A DNA stretch of 31,948 nucleotides from Candidatus Babelota bacterium (GTDB lineage Bacteria; Babelota; Babeliae; Babelales; Babelaceae). A program made the translations under genes and the position numbers. The DNA lies in NCBI GenBank assembly GCA_013821315.1, contig JACDHA010000016.1, forward strand, positions 1 through 31,948. The letters run 5' to 3'. Positions 1 to 7,989 of this stretch are shown here, one piece after another; within the stretch, counting starts at the first letter, position 1, and every line of letters starts with the position of its first letter. The notes under the pieces are model-generated. The model was not told the origin of the DNA and did not search any database. It saw only the letters and a list, made by a program, of their open reading frames with translations.

Positions 1-2
1 TA

Positions 3-950
3 GATACTGATGGATTTGATGTTCTTAAAGGTATACTTGCAAAAGAAAACAAATCATTGGAAAAAAAATCTCTTAAAGATTTACAATTATTAGGCAAAGA
101 AAAGCCTACATTGTTTGGTTTAGAAGACCGTTATTTTATCAATGCACTTATTGCCGACCCCCAAGGATTTGCACAAAGAGCTTACTTTAAAATTGACGGC
201 ATTCAAAAGGCCGAATCGGTTTATCAAGCAGATCCTGTTAATCAAACAACCACATGGACAATGTCTTTTTACTGCGGTCCTAAAGAAATTGCAGCTTTTG
301 CGGTAGTAGATAAGCGTCTTGATGGTTCTCTTGATTATGGTTGGTTAGCTCTCTTTTCAAAACCATTACTCTATGCGCTTAATTGGCTCAATAAATTTTT
401 GAAAAATTATGGACTAGCTATTATTGCTCTTACTGTTCTTCTTAAGCTTGCAATGGCACCGCTTACCTTTAAATCTGAAGCAAGTAGAAAGCAACAAGCT
501 GAAATGCAGCGTAGGCTTAAATATCTTGAACAAAAATATAGAAATGAACCAGAAGAACTTAGCCGAGCTAAAGCTGAACTAATGACTAAGTTTGGTGTGT
601 CTACTTTATTAACGCCTTTGGCAGTAGTTTTACAGTTTCCTATATTTATTGGTTTGAATCGCGTGCTTTCTAACTCAATAGAGCTTTATAAAGCTCCTTT
701 TGCTTGGATACCCGATTTGTCTGCCCGTGACCCTTATTATATTTTGCCCGTATTATTTGGTGTTGGTATAGTTATACAGATGAGAAGCACCCAAGGGAGT
801 GATCCTCGTCAAGGTCTCGTTACTCTGTTACTTGGCTTAGTACTAGCTGCTTTTACCTCTAACATATCAGCAGGTCTTGCCTTATTTATGGCCGTAAGTA
901 CTCTTCTTGGTCTAGCGCAAACCTTTATTATAAAGGCAGCAAAAGCATGA
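3..950 (+). CDS. yidC: Membrane protein insertase YidC, 5'-truncated at the window edge; the reading frame is open from nt 3. The ORF track starts it at 57 only because that is the first in-window Met.
   Basis: C-terminal five-TM insertase core. Segments such as GWLALFSKPLLYALNWLNKF, GLAIIALTVLLKLAMAPLTFKS and the KQQAEMQ...KYR helical hairpin are typical of YidC/Oxa1. No stop codon lies between nt 3 and 57 in this frame. Confidence 0.85.
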   Translation, partial: DTDGFDVLKGILAKENKSLEKKSLKDLQLLGKEKPTLFGLEDRYFINALIADPQGFAQRAYFKIDGIQKAESVYQADPVNQTTTWTMSFYCGPKEIAAFAVVDKRLDGSLDYGWLALFSKPLLYALNWLNKFLKNYGLAIIALTVLLKLAMAPLTFKSEASRKQQAEMQRRLKYLEQKYRNEPEELSRAKAELMTKFGVSTLLTPLAVVLQFPIFIGLNRVLSNSIELYKAPFAWIPDLSARDPYYILPVLFGVGIVIQMRSTQGSDPRQGLVTLLLGLVLAAFTSNISAGLALFMAVSTLLGLAQTFIIKAAKA

Positions 951-1546
951 TAGATCAAACTCCTTCGTTGATACTGTTGTTAAAACAGTTACAGCGAGTC
1001 CCTTATTTAGCTTCTAAAAACTTATATCGAGTTGCACAGTACTTTCTTGAGCTTGATGATGTAGCAGCTGAGCAATTTTGTAAAGTGTTACTCGATGCTA
1101 AAAGTAAACTGAGTAAGTGTACTCTTTGTTGGTCTTGGAAAGAAAATGACAAAAACTGTTATTTCTGCACTGCACCTAAGCGTGATCAACAAATAATTTG
1201 TGTTGTTGAAACATGGCATGATCTTATTGCTATTGAAAAAGCAGGCGGGTACAGCGGAGTGTATCACGTATTAGGTTCAGCTATTTGCCCCTTAGAAGGT
1301 ATTGGTCCTGAAGATATAACTATTAAGCCACTTATCGCGCGTGTTCAAAGTGGTTGTAAAGAAGTGATCTTTGCTTTCAATCAAACGCCTGAAGGAGAAG
1401 CTACAGCAGCCTATATAGCTTCTAAGCTTCAAAGCTCTGGTATAACTATTTCATGCTTAGCTCAAGGCCTTCCTGTAGGCTCATCGCTTGAATATATGGA
1501 TAAGCTAACGGTGTTTAAAGCACTTTCAGAACGAAGACCATTTTAA
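947..1546 (+). CDS. recR: Recombination protein RecR.
   Basis: Helix-hairpin-helix N-terminus, a C4 zinc finger (CTLC...CYFC) and a Toprim domain (VVETWHDLIAIEKAGGYSGVYHVLGSAICPLEGIGPEDI...EVIFAFNQTPEGEATAAYI). The start overlaps the yidC stop in ATGA. Confidence 0.85.
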   Translation: MIDQTPSLILLLKQLQRVPYLASKNLYRVAQYFLELDDVAAEQFCKVLLDAKSKLSKCTLCWSWKENDKNCYFCTAPKRDQQIICVVETWHDLIAIEKAGGYSGVYHVLGSAICPLEGIGPEDITIKPLIARVQSGCKEVIFAFNQTPEGEATAAYIASKLQSSGITISCLAQGLPVGSSLEYMDKLTVFKALSERRPF

Positions 1547-1572
1547 AAGAGAACAAACTCATAGACAAAAAA

Positions 1573-1598
1573 GCTCTCTTTTAAAGAGGGCTTTTTTA
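1573..1598 (+). terminator. Rho-independent terminator after recR.
   Basis: gcucucuuu / aaagagggc stem with one G-U pair, followed by a T6 run (cttttttatg). Confidence 0.5.
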
Positions 1599-1769
1599 TG
1601 TAACCAAAGAAAACATTTGAGCTTGTCTAAAAATAATTTCTATGGTACAATAAGAAAGCTGCAATACAGCAGCAAAACTATATCACTCACTAGTACTTAA
1701 CGGGTGTTACAAGTACTCTCTCTTTTTTAAATACAATCAAATCTCTTTTTATTATGGAAAGGAAGTATC

Positions 1770-3152
1770 ATGGTTTTAACAATGATCTCTCCTGCAATGC
1801 TGAGCATAATTGCTGCAGTTACTGGACTTTTAACGCTTGTGTTTGTAGCCTCTCGTTATAAACGTTGTCCCTCAAATAAAATACTTGCTGTTTTTGGTAA
1901 AGTGCAAGGCAACTCGTTTGTTCAATGTATTCATGGTGGCGGTGCCTTTGTATGGCCCTTAATTCAAGATTATGCTTTCTTAGATTTAACACCACGCACT
2001 ATACATATACCGCTTAAAAGTGCTTTGTCGTTACAGAATATTCGTATCAATGTGCCTAGTACGTTTACTATTGCTATTGATACTTCTCCTGAATGCATGA
2101 ATAATGCAGCTATACGCCTTCTTGGGCTAAGCAATCAAGAAATAGAGCTTATGGCAGTAGAGATTATTACTGGGCAAATGCGATTAACGGTAGCTTCATT
2201 AACTATTGAACAAATAAATCAAGACAGAGAAAGCTTTTTATCTGCTATTAAAAATCATATTGATCCAGAACTTAATAAAGTTGGTTTATCTCTTATAAAC
2301 GTAAATATTACTGATATTACCGATGAATCTCACTACATTGAAAGTATTGGTAAAAAAGCAGCTTCTCTAGCAGTAAACCAAGCTAAAATTGATGTAGCTG
2401 AAGCTGAGCGTCGTGGTGAAAGTGGAAGAGCAGATGCTGAAAAAGAGCGTCGTATTTCTGTTGCTACCTACAATGCCCAAGCAGTTGAAGGTGAAAATGA
2501 AGCACAAGCACGTATAGCTTCGTTTAATGCAGATTTAGCTCAAAAAAAAGCTGAATATACAACTAAAGCAGAAGTAGCCGAGCAGACTGCTTACGCACAT
2601 ATTCAACATGCTAAAGCTCAAGCTGAACTCAAGCGCTTAGAAGCTGAGCAAATTGTTCCTAAAGAAATTGAAAAGCGTAAAATTGCTATTGATGCTGAAG
2701 CTACAGCTGAAAAAATGCGTCGTGAAGCTATAGGCCAAGCAGAAGCTATCTTATCTATTAGAAATGCTGAAGCAGAAGGTATTCAAAAAACACTTGATGC
2801 AAAAGCTGAAGGCTATACGCGTTTAATTAAAGCGTGTGGTAACGATGCACAAGCGGCAGCTACCATGTTAATGGTTGAAAAACTTGAACAAATAGTCAGC
2901 CTGCAAACTGAAGCTATCAAAAATATAAAGATTGATAAAATAACGGTATGGGATAGTGGTTCTGGTGATAAAGGTAGCTCAACTGCTAATTTTATGAGCA
3001 ACATGGCAAAATCTTTGCCACCTCTTCATGAGGTTGCTGCTATGGCAGGTATTAATTTACCACAGTATTTAGGACAATTAAATCCTGAAACTAACACAGC
3101 AACAGCTAAAACAGAACACAAACAAGCTAAAAAAGAAAAAGAATTAGCGTAA
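1770..3152 (+). CDS. Flotillin-like SPFH/band-7 protein (YqiK/FloT type) with an N-terminal TM anchor and a Glu/Ala-rich coiled-coil tail.
   Basis: N-terminal hydrophobic helix, then an SPFH domain (KILAVFGKVQGNSFVQCIHGGGAFVWPLIQ...), then a long EA-repeat region (AEAERRGESGRADAEKERR..AQAELKRLEAEQ..) characteristic of bacterial flotillins. Confidence 0.8.
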   Translation: MVLTMISPAMLSIIAAVTGLLTLVFVASRYKRCPSNKILAVFGKVQGNSFVQCIHGGGAFVWPLIQDYAFLDLTPRTIHIPLKSALSLQNIRINVPSTFTIAIDTSPECMNNAAIRLLGLSNQEIELMAVEIITGQMRLTVASLTIEQINQDRESFLSAIKNHIDPELNKVGLSLINVNITDITDESHYIESIGKKAASLAVNQAKIDVAEAERRGESGRADAEKERRISVATYNAQAVEGENEAQARIASFNADLAQKKAEYTTKAEVAEQTAYAHIQHAKAQAELKRLEAEQIVPKEIEKRKIAIDAEATAEKMRREAIGQAEAILSIRNAEAEGIQKTLDAKAEGYTRLIKACGNDAQAAATMLMVEKLEQIVSLQTEAIKNIKIDKITVWDSGSGDKGSSTANFMSNMAKSLPPLHEVAAMAGINLPQYLGQLNPETNTATAKTEHKQAKKEKELA

Positions 3153-3167
3153 CTTTTCTAAAATAGT

Positions 3168-3211
3168 AAAAGATAAGAGCTTTTAGATAATTCTAAAAGC
3201 TCTTATCTTTT
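3168..3211. terminator. Bidirectional intrinsic terminator between the convergent flotillin gene and the J-domain gene.
   Basis: Perfect 17-bp inverted repeat aaaagataagagctttt / aaaagctcttatctttt with a 10-nt loop, flanked by A/T runs on both sides. Confidence 0.65.
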
Positions 3212-3226
3212 TGATTTTTTAGTCTA

Positions 3227-3943
3227 TTAGAGCCCCTTGAGCTTGTTAAAAGCATTAGTGATCATTTTAAATACAGCATCAGCTTGAGGGTTATTAAGAT
3301 TTTTATCTGGATGCCATTTAAGTCCCAAGGTTCTATATGCCTTGCTTATGTCAGCCTGGGATGCTTCTGGAGCAACATTAAGTATTTCTGCAGCAGAAGC
3401 GTCTTTGTAAAGGGCTAAGGCTTTTTGTGCGTCTTTAGGGTCAATTTGTGTTAAAGGTGTTCTTTTAATAACGGGTGCTAGTTTTCTGTAGTTTATTACT
3501 TTTGTGGTAATGTCGCTTTCTTTGACGTTGTTGCCTAGCGGGTAACCGCGCTCAGTTTTTCCTCTCAAGCCAAATAAAGGTCCTGATTGAGGGCCAAATA
3601 CTAATTTGTTATTTTCAGCTGTTGCGCGAACATAGATGGTTTTACCAGGTGTAAACTCATACAAATAAACTGATAGAGGTTTATTTATTTGAGGCTCTTG
3701 TAGAGAGAGTATAAGTTGGTTTTTTTTGTTTAAATCAAGAGTTGCGTAGGTATACTTGGTAGAATCGAGCTTAAGTAAATCGTAATTTTTAGCTTCATCT
3801 TTAGGGTTGATTGTCGATTTACCTAAACTATAATAAATAGGGGTACTAAGCTTATTCCAAAGTTCAAAATTAGCATCAGCTTTGCCTGAAGAGCTATAAA
3901 AAAATAAAAGTGCCGTAGTTACAAGTAAATGAGATAGCTTCAT
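3227..3943 (-). CDS. Protein with an N-terminal signal peptide or signal anchor and a C-terminal J-domain. It is either a DjlA-like membrane co-chaperone or an exported J-protein.
   Basis: C-terminal AAEILNVAPEASQADISKAYRTLGLKWHPDKNLNNPQADAVFKMITNAFNKL carries the invariant HPD tripeptide and the flanking helices II and III of a DnaJ domain. The N-terminus, MKLSHLLVTTALLFFYSSSGKADA|NF, has an h-region plus an A-x-A cleavage motif. The ~190-aa middle region has no recognisable homology. Confidence 0.75.
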   Translation of the reverse strand: MKLSHLLVTTALLFFYSSSGKADANFELWNKLSTPIYYSLGKSTINPKDEAKNYDLLKLDSTKYTYATLDLNKKNQLILSLQEPQINKPLSVYLYEFTPGKTIYVRATAENNKLVFGPQSGPLFGLRGKTERGYPLGNNVKESDITTKVINYRKLAPVIKRTPLTQIDPKDAQKALALYKDASAAEILNVAPEASQADISKAYRTLGLKWHPDKNLNNPQADAVFKMITNAFNKLKGL

Positions 3944-4061
3944 GATTTCTCCGTCAGTTTATGTTAAAATTATAAAAAGCTCTTTTGTTTTAAATATGAC
4001 AAATAGCATATGAATATGTCAATAATAAATAATAAGTTAACCCATATAACGAGAGACCTTT

Positions 4062-5381
4062 ATGCATAAAGATTTTAGTATAGTAAAAAAACGACGCCAA
4101 GAGTTACTGCATGCCCTTAAAAAAGAGCATCCAGACAAAAAAGGTATAGTGCTTCTTTTTGGCGCTTTTGAACAAGAACGGTACCGTTTTCGTCAAGAAA
4201 GTTCTTTTTACTATTTAACAAATATAGAAGAGCCAGGTATAGCACTTACATTAGAACTTGACGGCATGGCTCAGGTGTATATACCACAATACAGTGAGTC
4301 GCGAGCTAAATGGGTAGATTCTTTTCTGTTAAATGCGTCGGCTAATGTACTTGCAAACATGGGTATTGATAAGCTTGAGCCGCTTGGTGAAGCTTGCAAG
4401 GGGTATGCACTTTCAAGTAATTGTAATACAGCTGAGTATACTCATCTACTTAGTTTTATAAAAAAACAGATTGCCCAAGGCAATACTATTTTTACCCTTT
4501 ATTCAGGTGAAAATTATAAGGAGCAACGCTTAATTTTAAACAGCTTGTCCCTAGAATTGCCTGAACTTAAAAATAATGTAGTAGATATCAGTAGTATAGT
4601 TGCTAATATGCGCCGTACTAAAAATCAAGCTGAAATAGAGCTTTTATATGGGGCTATAGATTGTACTATGTCTGCTCATGAAGCGGCAGCGGTTATCATA
4701 GAAGCAGGTAAACAAGAATTTGAAATACAGGCAGGTCTTGAGTTTGTTTTTACGCAATCAGGAGCTCAACCCGCTTTTCCTTCGATAGTCGCTAGTGGTA
4801 AAAACGGTACTGTACTCCATTACACGCGTAATACAAGTACGCTTGCTAAAGGTGACTTGGTGGTTATAGACGCAGGTGCTGAGCTTGACTATTACTGCGG
4901 GGATATTACAAGAACCTATCCTATTTCGGGCACATTTACTAAAAGGCAACGAGAAGTCTATACTGTTGTGTTAGAAACGCAGCGTTATATAGAAGAATTG
5001 GCTAAGCCTGGTTTTTGGCTATCTAACAAAGAAAAGCCTGAAAAATCTTTGCACCACATAGCACAAGCTTTTCTAGAAAAGAAAGGGTATGGTAAGTACT
5101 TTACTCATGGACTAGGGCACTTTTTAGGTCTTGATGTGCATGATGTAGGAAGCTATACAGAGCCTCTTAAAGAAGGCGATGTGATAACCCTTGAACCCGG
5201 TATTTATATTCCTGAAGAAAGATTAGCTGTTCGTATTGAAGATAATTACTGGGTTGTTCAAGATGGCATTCTCTGTTTAAGCGAAGAACTTCCTAAAGAT
5301 ATAGAACTTGTGGAAGAAATGATGGTCGAATCTGATGATGAAGACTATGATTACGATGAAGATTATGATGACGAAAACTAA
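4062..5381 (+). CDS. pepP: Xaa-Pro aminopeptidase PepP (M24B family), ending in an acidic Asp/Tyr-rich tail.
   Basis: N-terminal creatinase-like domain plus a pita-bread catalytic domain with metal ligands (VLHYTRNT.., DLVVIDAGAELDYYCGDITRT, HGLGHFLGLDVHD, ITLEPGIY, RIEDN). The C-terminus is ESDDEDYDYDEDYDDEN. Confidence 0.85.
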   Translation: MHKDFSIVKKRRQELLHALKKEHPDKKGIVLLFGAFEQERYRFRQESSFYYLTNIEEPGIALTLELDGMAQVYIPQYSESRAKWVDSFLLNASANVLANMGIDKLEPLGEACKGYALSSNCNTAEYTHLLSFIKKQIAQGNTIFTLYSGENYKEQRLILNSLSLELPELKNNVVDISSIVANMRRTKNQAEIELLYGAIDCTMSAHEAAAVIIEAGKQEFEIQAGLEFVFTQSGAQPAFPSIVASGKNGTVLHYTRNTSTLAKGDLVVIDAGAELDYYCGDITRTYPISGTFTKRQREVYTVVLETQRYIEELAKPGFWLSNKEKPEKSLHHIAQAFLEKKGYGKYFTHGLGHFLGLDVHDVGSYTEPLKEGDVITLEPGIYIPEERLAVRIEDNYWVVQDGILCLSEELPKDIELVEEMMVESDDEDYDYDEDYDDEN

Positions 5382-5403
5382 AAATAAAGAAGTTAATTAA
5401 AAC

Positions 5404-5446
5404 AAAAGACAGGTGTAGCTACCAGCGTTAACTACACCTGTCTTTT
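5404..5446. terminator. Bidirectional intrinsic terminator between the convergent pepP and transporter genes.
   Basis: Perfect 15-bp inverted repeat aaaagacaggtgtag / ctacacctgtctttt with a 13-nt loop. Confidence 0.65.
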
Positions 5447-5447
5447 G

Positions 5448-7151
5448 TTAGTTACTAGCTTTGTTTCGTATATATAAAATTAATAAAGTAGTAGCTAATC
5501 CTGCAATAAAAGCACCAGTAACACTCAAGGTAGGACTATAACTACCAGTAAGTCCAACTATAAGCAAAGCTAAAGTTGTTCCTGCAATAGCAGGAGTAAC
5601 ATAGCCAAACTGTGTAGCAATATGATCAAGGTGATAAGCCCCTGAGCTTGTTGAAGACATTACCGTTGAGTCAGCTATAGGTGATACAGGCCCTCCTGCA
5701 ACTGCTCCTGAAAGTAACCCCCCCATAATGGGGCCCAGCAAAAAAGCTGATTGGGCATCAATTGGTAATGATTGTCCGGTAGCTGCCGTAATAATGGGCA
5801 CTGCAAGCGGCATCATAATCATTATTGTTCCCCAAGCAGAACCAATAGAGGCTGCAATAATAAGTGCGGTAAAAAAGATCATTACCGGTAATAAAAAGGT
5901 GGGAATTGCTCCCAAAACTAAATGAGCCACGTATTGACCGGCTTTTAGATCATCTTTAAGTAAGCTGCTAAGTGTCCAGGCAAGAAGCAAAATAAATAAA
6001 GAATTTTTCATAAGCATAAAGCCACTAACGCTTATATTTTTAAAATTATGCAAGGTTAATTTTTTTTGTAAGGCTGCTATAAGTAGTGTCAGGCTTAGAG
6101 TGATTACGCTTGCAAAACAGAGTGAAAAAAAGATATTTGCCTGTTGTAACGCAGTGCCAAAAGTAGCATTGCCGCCTAGCATATGCCAATTACCCGAATA
6201 CAGAAGAAGTGCAAATACCAAACCAATAAAAAGACCTATTGGCCCAAAAAAATCAATAAGAGAGCCTTTGTGGGCTGGATCTTGAGTTATTTGAACTACC
6301 AGCGGTTGTTTTCCGCCAAACAAGTTGCCCGTACGGTCGGCTTCATGCTCCTGTGCTTTCATACTGCCAAAAGAGATGGAACGTGCAACAATAAAAAATG
6401 CACTGGCAACTATAAAAAAGGGATAAAATAAATAAGCAATAGTATGTAGGTATACACTAAAAGGATCAGCTTTAATAAACGTTGTAAGGCCGGGTTGCTC
6501 AGAAACGCCTGCTGCTTGTAAGTTAACAAGTATCATTGCAGTCCAGCTAGAAGCAGGAATAATAACACATAAGGGTGCGCTCATGGCGTTAAGCAAAAAA
6601 GCTAATTTAACACGAGGTAGAGCAAACTTGTCCGTTAGGGGTCGCATAATACTTCCTACAACTAAACTGCTTAAATAATCATCAATAAAAAAGCACATTG
6701 AAAGAAGCAAGCATACAAACTGAGTTGCTTTTTTAGTATGTAATCTCCGTTGAAGCGTAGTAATATAGGCAGCAATGCCACCAGAATGGGTTATAAAAGA
6801 AATAATTATCCCGAGTGTTATTAAAAAAACAAATGTATAAAAATGATCAGGTGAACCTAAAGGACACCAAATCTTTTGTATATCTGTTTCTCTATAAAGA
6901 CGACAGACTATAAGCTCCACTGTTGCTACAGGAGAAAAAGAGGTAGCTAATGCTGCAGCACTAACAATGCCAGTTGCTAAAGATAAAAGAACGTTGCGCG
7001 ATATAAGAGCAACTATAAGAACTAACAGGGGTGGAAAAAGTACAAGCCATGCAGGCATAAAAACTCCATAAGTATAAGTTAAGAGTAGCGTAGTATTAGT
7101 GTGGCTTAATAAGCCAATTGTTGTAAATAGAAGGGTTAAAAAAGCTGTCAA
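5448..7151 (-). CDS. Polytopic membrane transporter, probably Na+/H+ antiporter NhaC family.
   Basis: 567 aa with about 12 or more hydrophobic helices. The GSAWGTIMIMMPLAVPI motif resembles the SWGT(x)M(L/I)PI signature I associate with the NhaC family. Family assignment is tentative. Confidence 0.45.
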   Translation of the reverse strand: MTAFLTLLFTTIGLLSHTNTTLLLTYTYGVFMPAWLVLFPPLLVLIVALISRNVLLSLATGIVSAAALATSFSPVATVELIVCRLYRETDIQKIWCPLGSPDHFYTFVFLITLGIIISFITHSGGIAAYITTLQRRLHTKKATQFVCLLLSMCFFIDDYLSSLVVGSIMRPLTDKFALPRVKLAFLLNAMSAPLCVIIPASSWTAMILVNLQAAGVSEQPGLTTFIKADPFSVYLHTIAYLFYPFFIVASAFFIVARSISFGSMKAQEHEADRTGNLFGGKQPLVVQITQDPAHKGSLIDFFGPIGLFIGLVFALLLYSGNWHMLGGNATFGTALQQANIFFSLCFASVITLSLTLLIAALQKKLTLHNFKNISVSGFMLMKNSLFILLLAWTLSSLLKDDLKAGQYVAHLVLGAIPTFLLPVMIFFTALIIAASIGSAWGTIMIMMPLAVPIITAATGQSLPIDAQSAFLLGPIMGGLLSGAVAGGPVSPIADSTVMSSTSSGAYHLDHIATQFGYVTPAIAGTTLALLIVGLTGSYSPTLSVTGAFIAGLATTLLILYIRNKASN

Positions 7152-7375
7152 TACAGCAGAATAGGATATATGCGCTAGGAGCGCTTGAGAAATACGTAAA
7201 CAAGAAAGTAAGTGAGAAAGTTCTGCATAAGATACTAAAAGTAGAGTAAAAATAAATAAAATAGAGTTATTAATAAGTGTAGCAAAAAGAAGCCAAATTG
7301 CAAGACAAAGAGATTCTTTTATGCTATAATAACTAAAAACAGAATATATTAAACTAACTATAAGTTAGGCTGCAT

Positions 7376-7405
7376 TTGACGATTTTGCAGTTTTTTTGTT
7401 AATAT
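7376..7405 (+). promoter_or_regulatory. Candidate sigma70-type promoter for rplM.
   Basis: TTGACG (7376-7381), an 18-nt spacer, then TAATAT (7400-7405), about 60 nt upstream of the rplM ATG. Sequence pattern only. Confidence 0.3.
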
Positions 7406-7466
7406 AGAATATAAAGAGTTTCTTACTAATTTCTAATTTTACTTTTTTGAAGACAAAGGTTTTCTC

Positions 7467-7904
7467 ATGGCTGATATGAATAAAGCATACTTCTTGCGTA
7501 AAGAAGATCAGAGCCCTCGCTGGCGCGTTATCGATGCACAAGATCAAATTGTGGGTCGTTTAGCAACTCAAATAGCAGATGCTCTTCGTGGTAAAGATAG
7601 AGCTAACTATACACCGCACAGTGATGCTGGTGACTACGTTGTAGTACTTAATGCTAAAGGTCTTAAGTTAAGTGGCAATAAAATGGACCAAAAGATCTAT
7701 GAAACCTATAGTGGTTGGATCGGTAACAAAAAATATATCACTGCTAAGCAAAAAATGGCAAAAAACCCAGCTGAAATTATTGAACTAGCTGTTAAAGGTA
7801 TGTTGCCAAAAACCAAGCTTGCACGTCAACTTCTTAGAAAGTTACGTGTGTATGTAGGTGCTGAGCATCCTCATGCAGCTCAAATTGCAGGATTTGCTGA
7901 GTAA
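7467..7904 (+). CDS. rplM: 50S ribosomal protein L13.
   Basis: MADMNKAYFLRKEDQSPRWRVIDAQDQIVGRLATQIADALRGK...NYTPHSDAGDYVVVLNA is the canonical L13 N-terminus. Confidence 0.95.
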   Translation: MADMNKAYFLRKEDQSPRWRVIDAQDQIVGRLATQIADALRGKDRANYTPHSDAGDYVVVLNAKGLKLSGNKMDQKIYETYSGWIGNKKYITAKQKMAKNPAEIIELAVKGMLPKTKLARQLLRKLRVYVGAEHPHAAQIAGFAE

Positions 7905-7935
7905 TTCTTAAATCCAGAGCAAGTGCAAAGTTATA

Positions 7936-7967
7936 AAAAAAAAGCCGCTTTTAAAAGCGGCTTTTTT
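7936..7967. terminator. Bidirectional intrinsic terminator between the convergent rplM and rseP genes.
   Basis: aaaaaaaaGCCGCttttaaaaGCGGCtttttt, a perfect palindrome with a GC stem flanked by an A-run and a T-run. Confidence 0.65.
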
Positions 7968-7989
7968 GCATATCAAGTATTAACTATTT

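Noticed and set aside
2813-3004. Antisense or out-of-frame 60-145-aa ORFs embedded in confident CDSs. Coordinates: 2813-3004, 4758-4949, 5728-5925, 6100-6431, 8464-8694, 9964-10179, 12575-12793, 13099-13573, 13344-13532, 14696-14938, 15463-15657, 16337-16684, 18536-18730, 21436-21684, 23035-23325, 23895-24089, 25800-26045, 31632-31856.
   Set aside because: Each lies wholly inside a well-supported gene on the other strand or frame. They have low-complexity or biased composition and no recognisable motifs; expected by chance in AT-rich DNA.
3227-3943. Calling the J-domain protein simply djlA.
   Set aside because: Domain order (N-terminal hydrophobic, C-terminal J) matches DjlA, but the middle domain does not look like DjlA's helical TerB-like domain and the N-terminus has a plausible cleavage site. 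The gene symbol is therefore left blank.
7365-7547. 60-aa minus-strand ORF overlapping the rplM start.
   Set aside because: Overlaps the L13 N-terminus and promoter; no supporting features.
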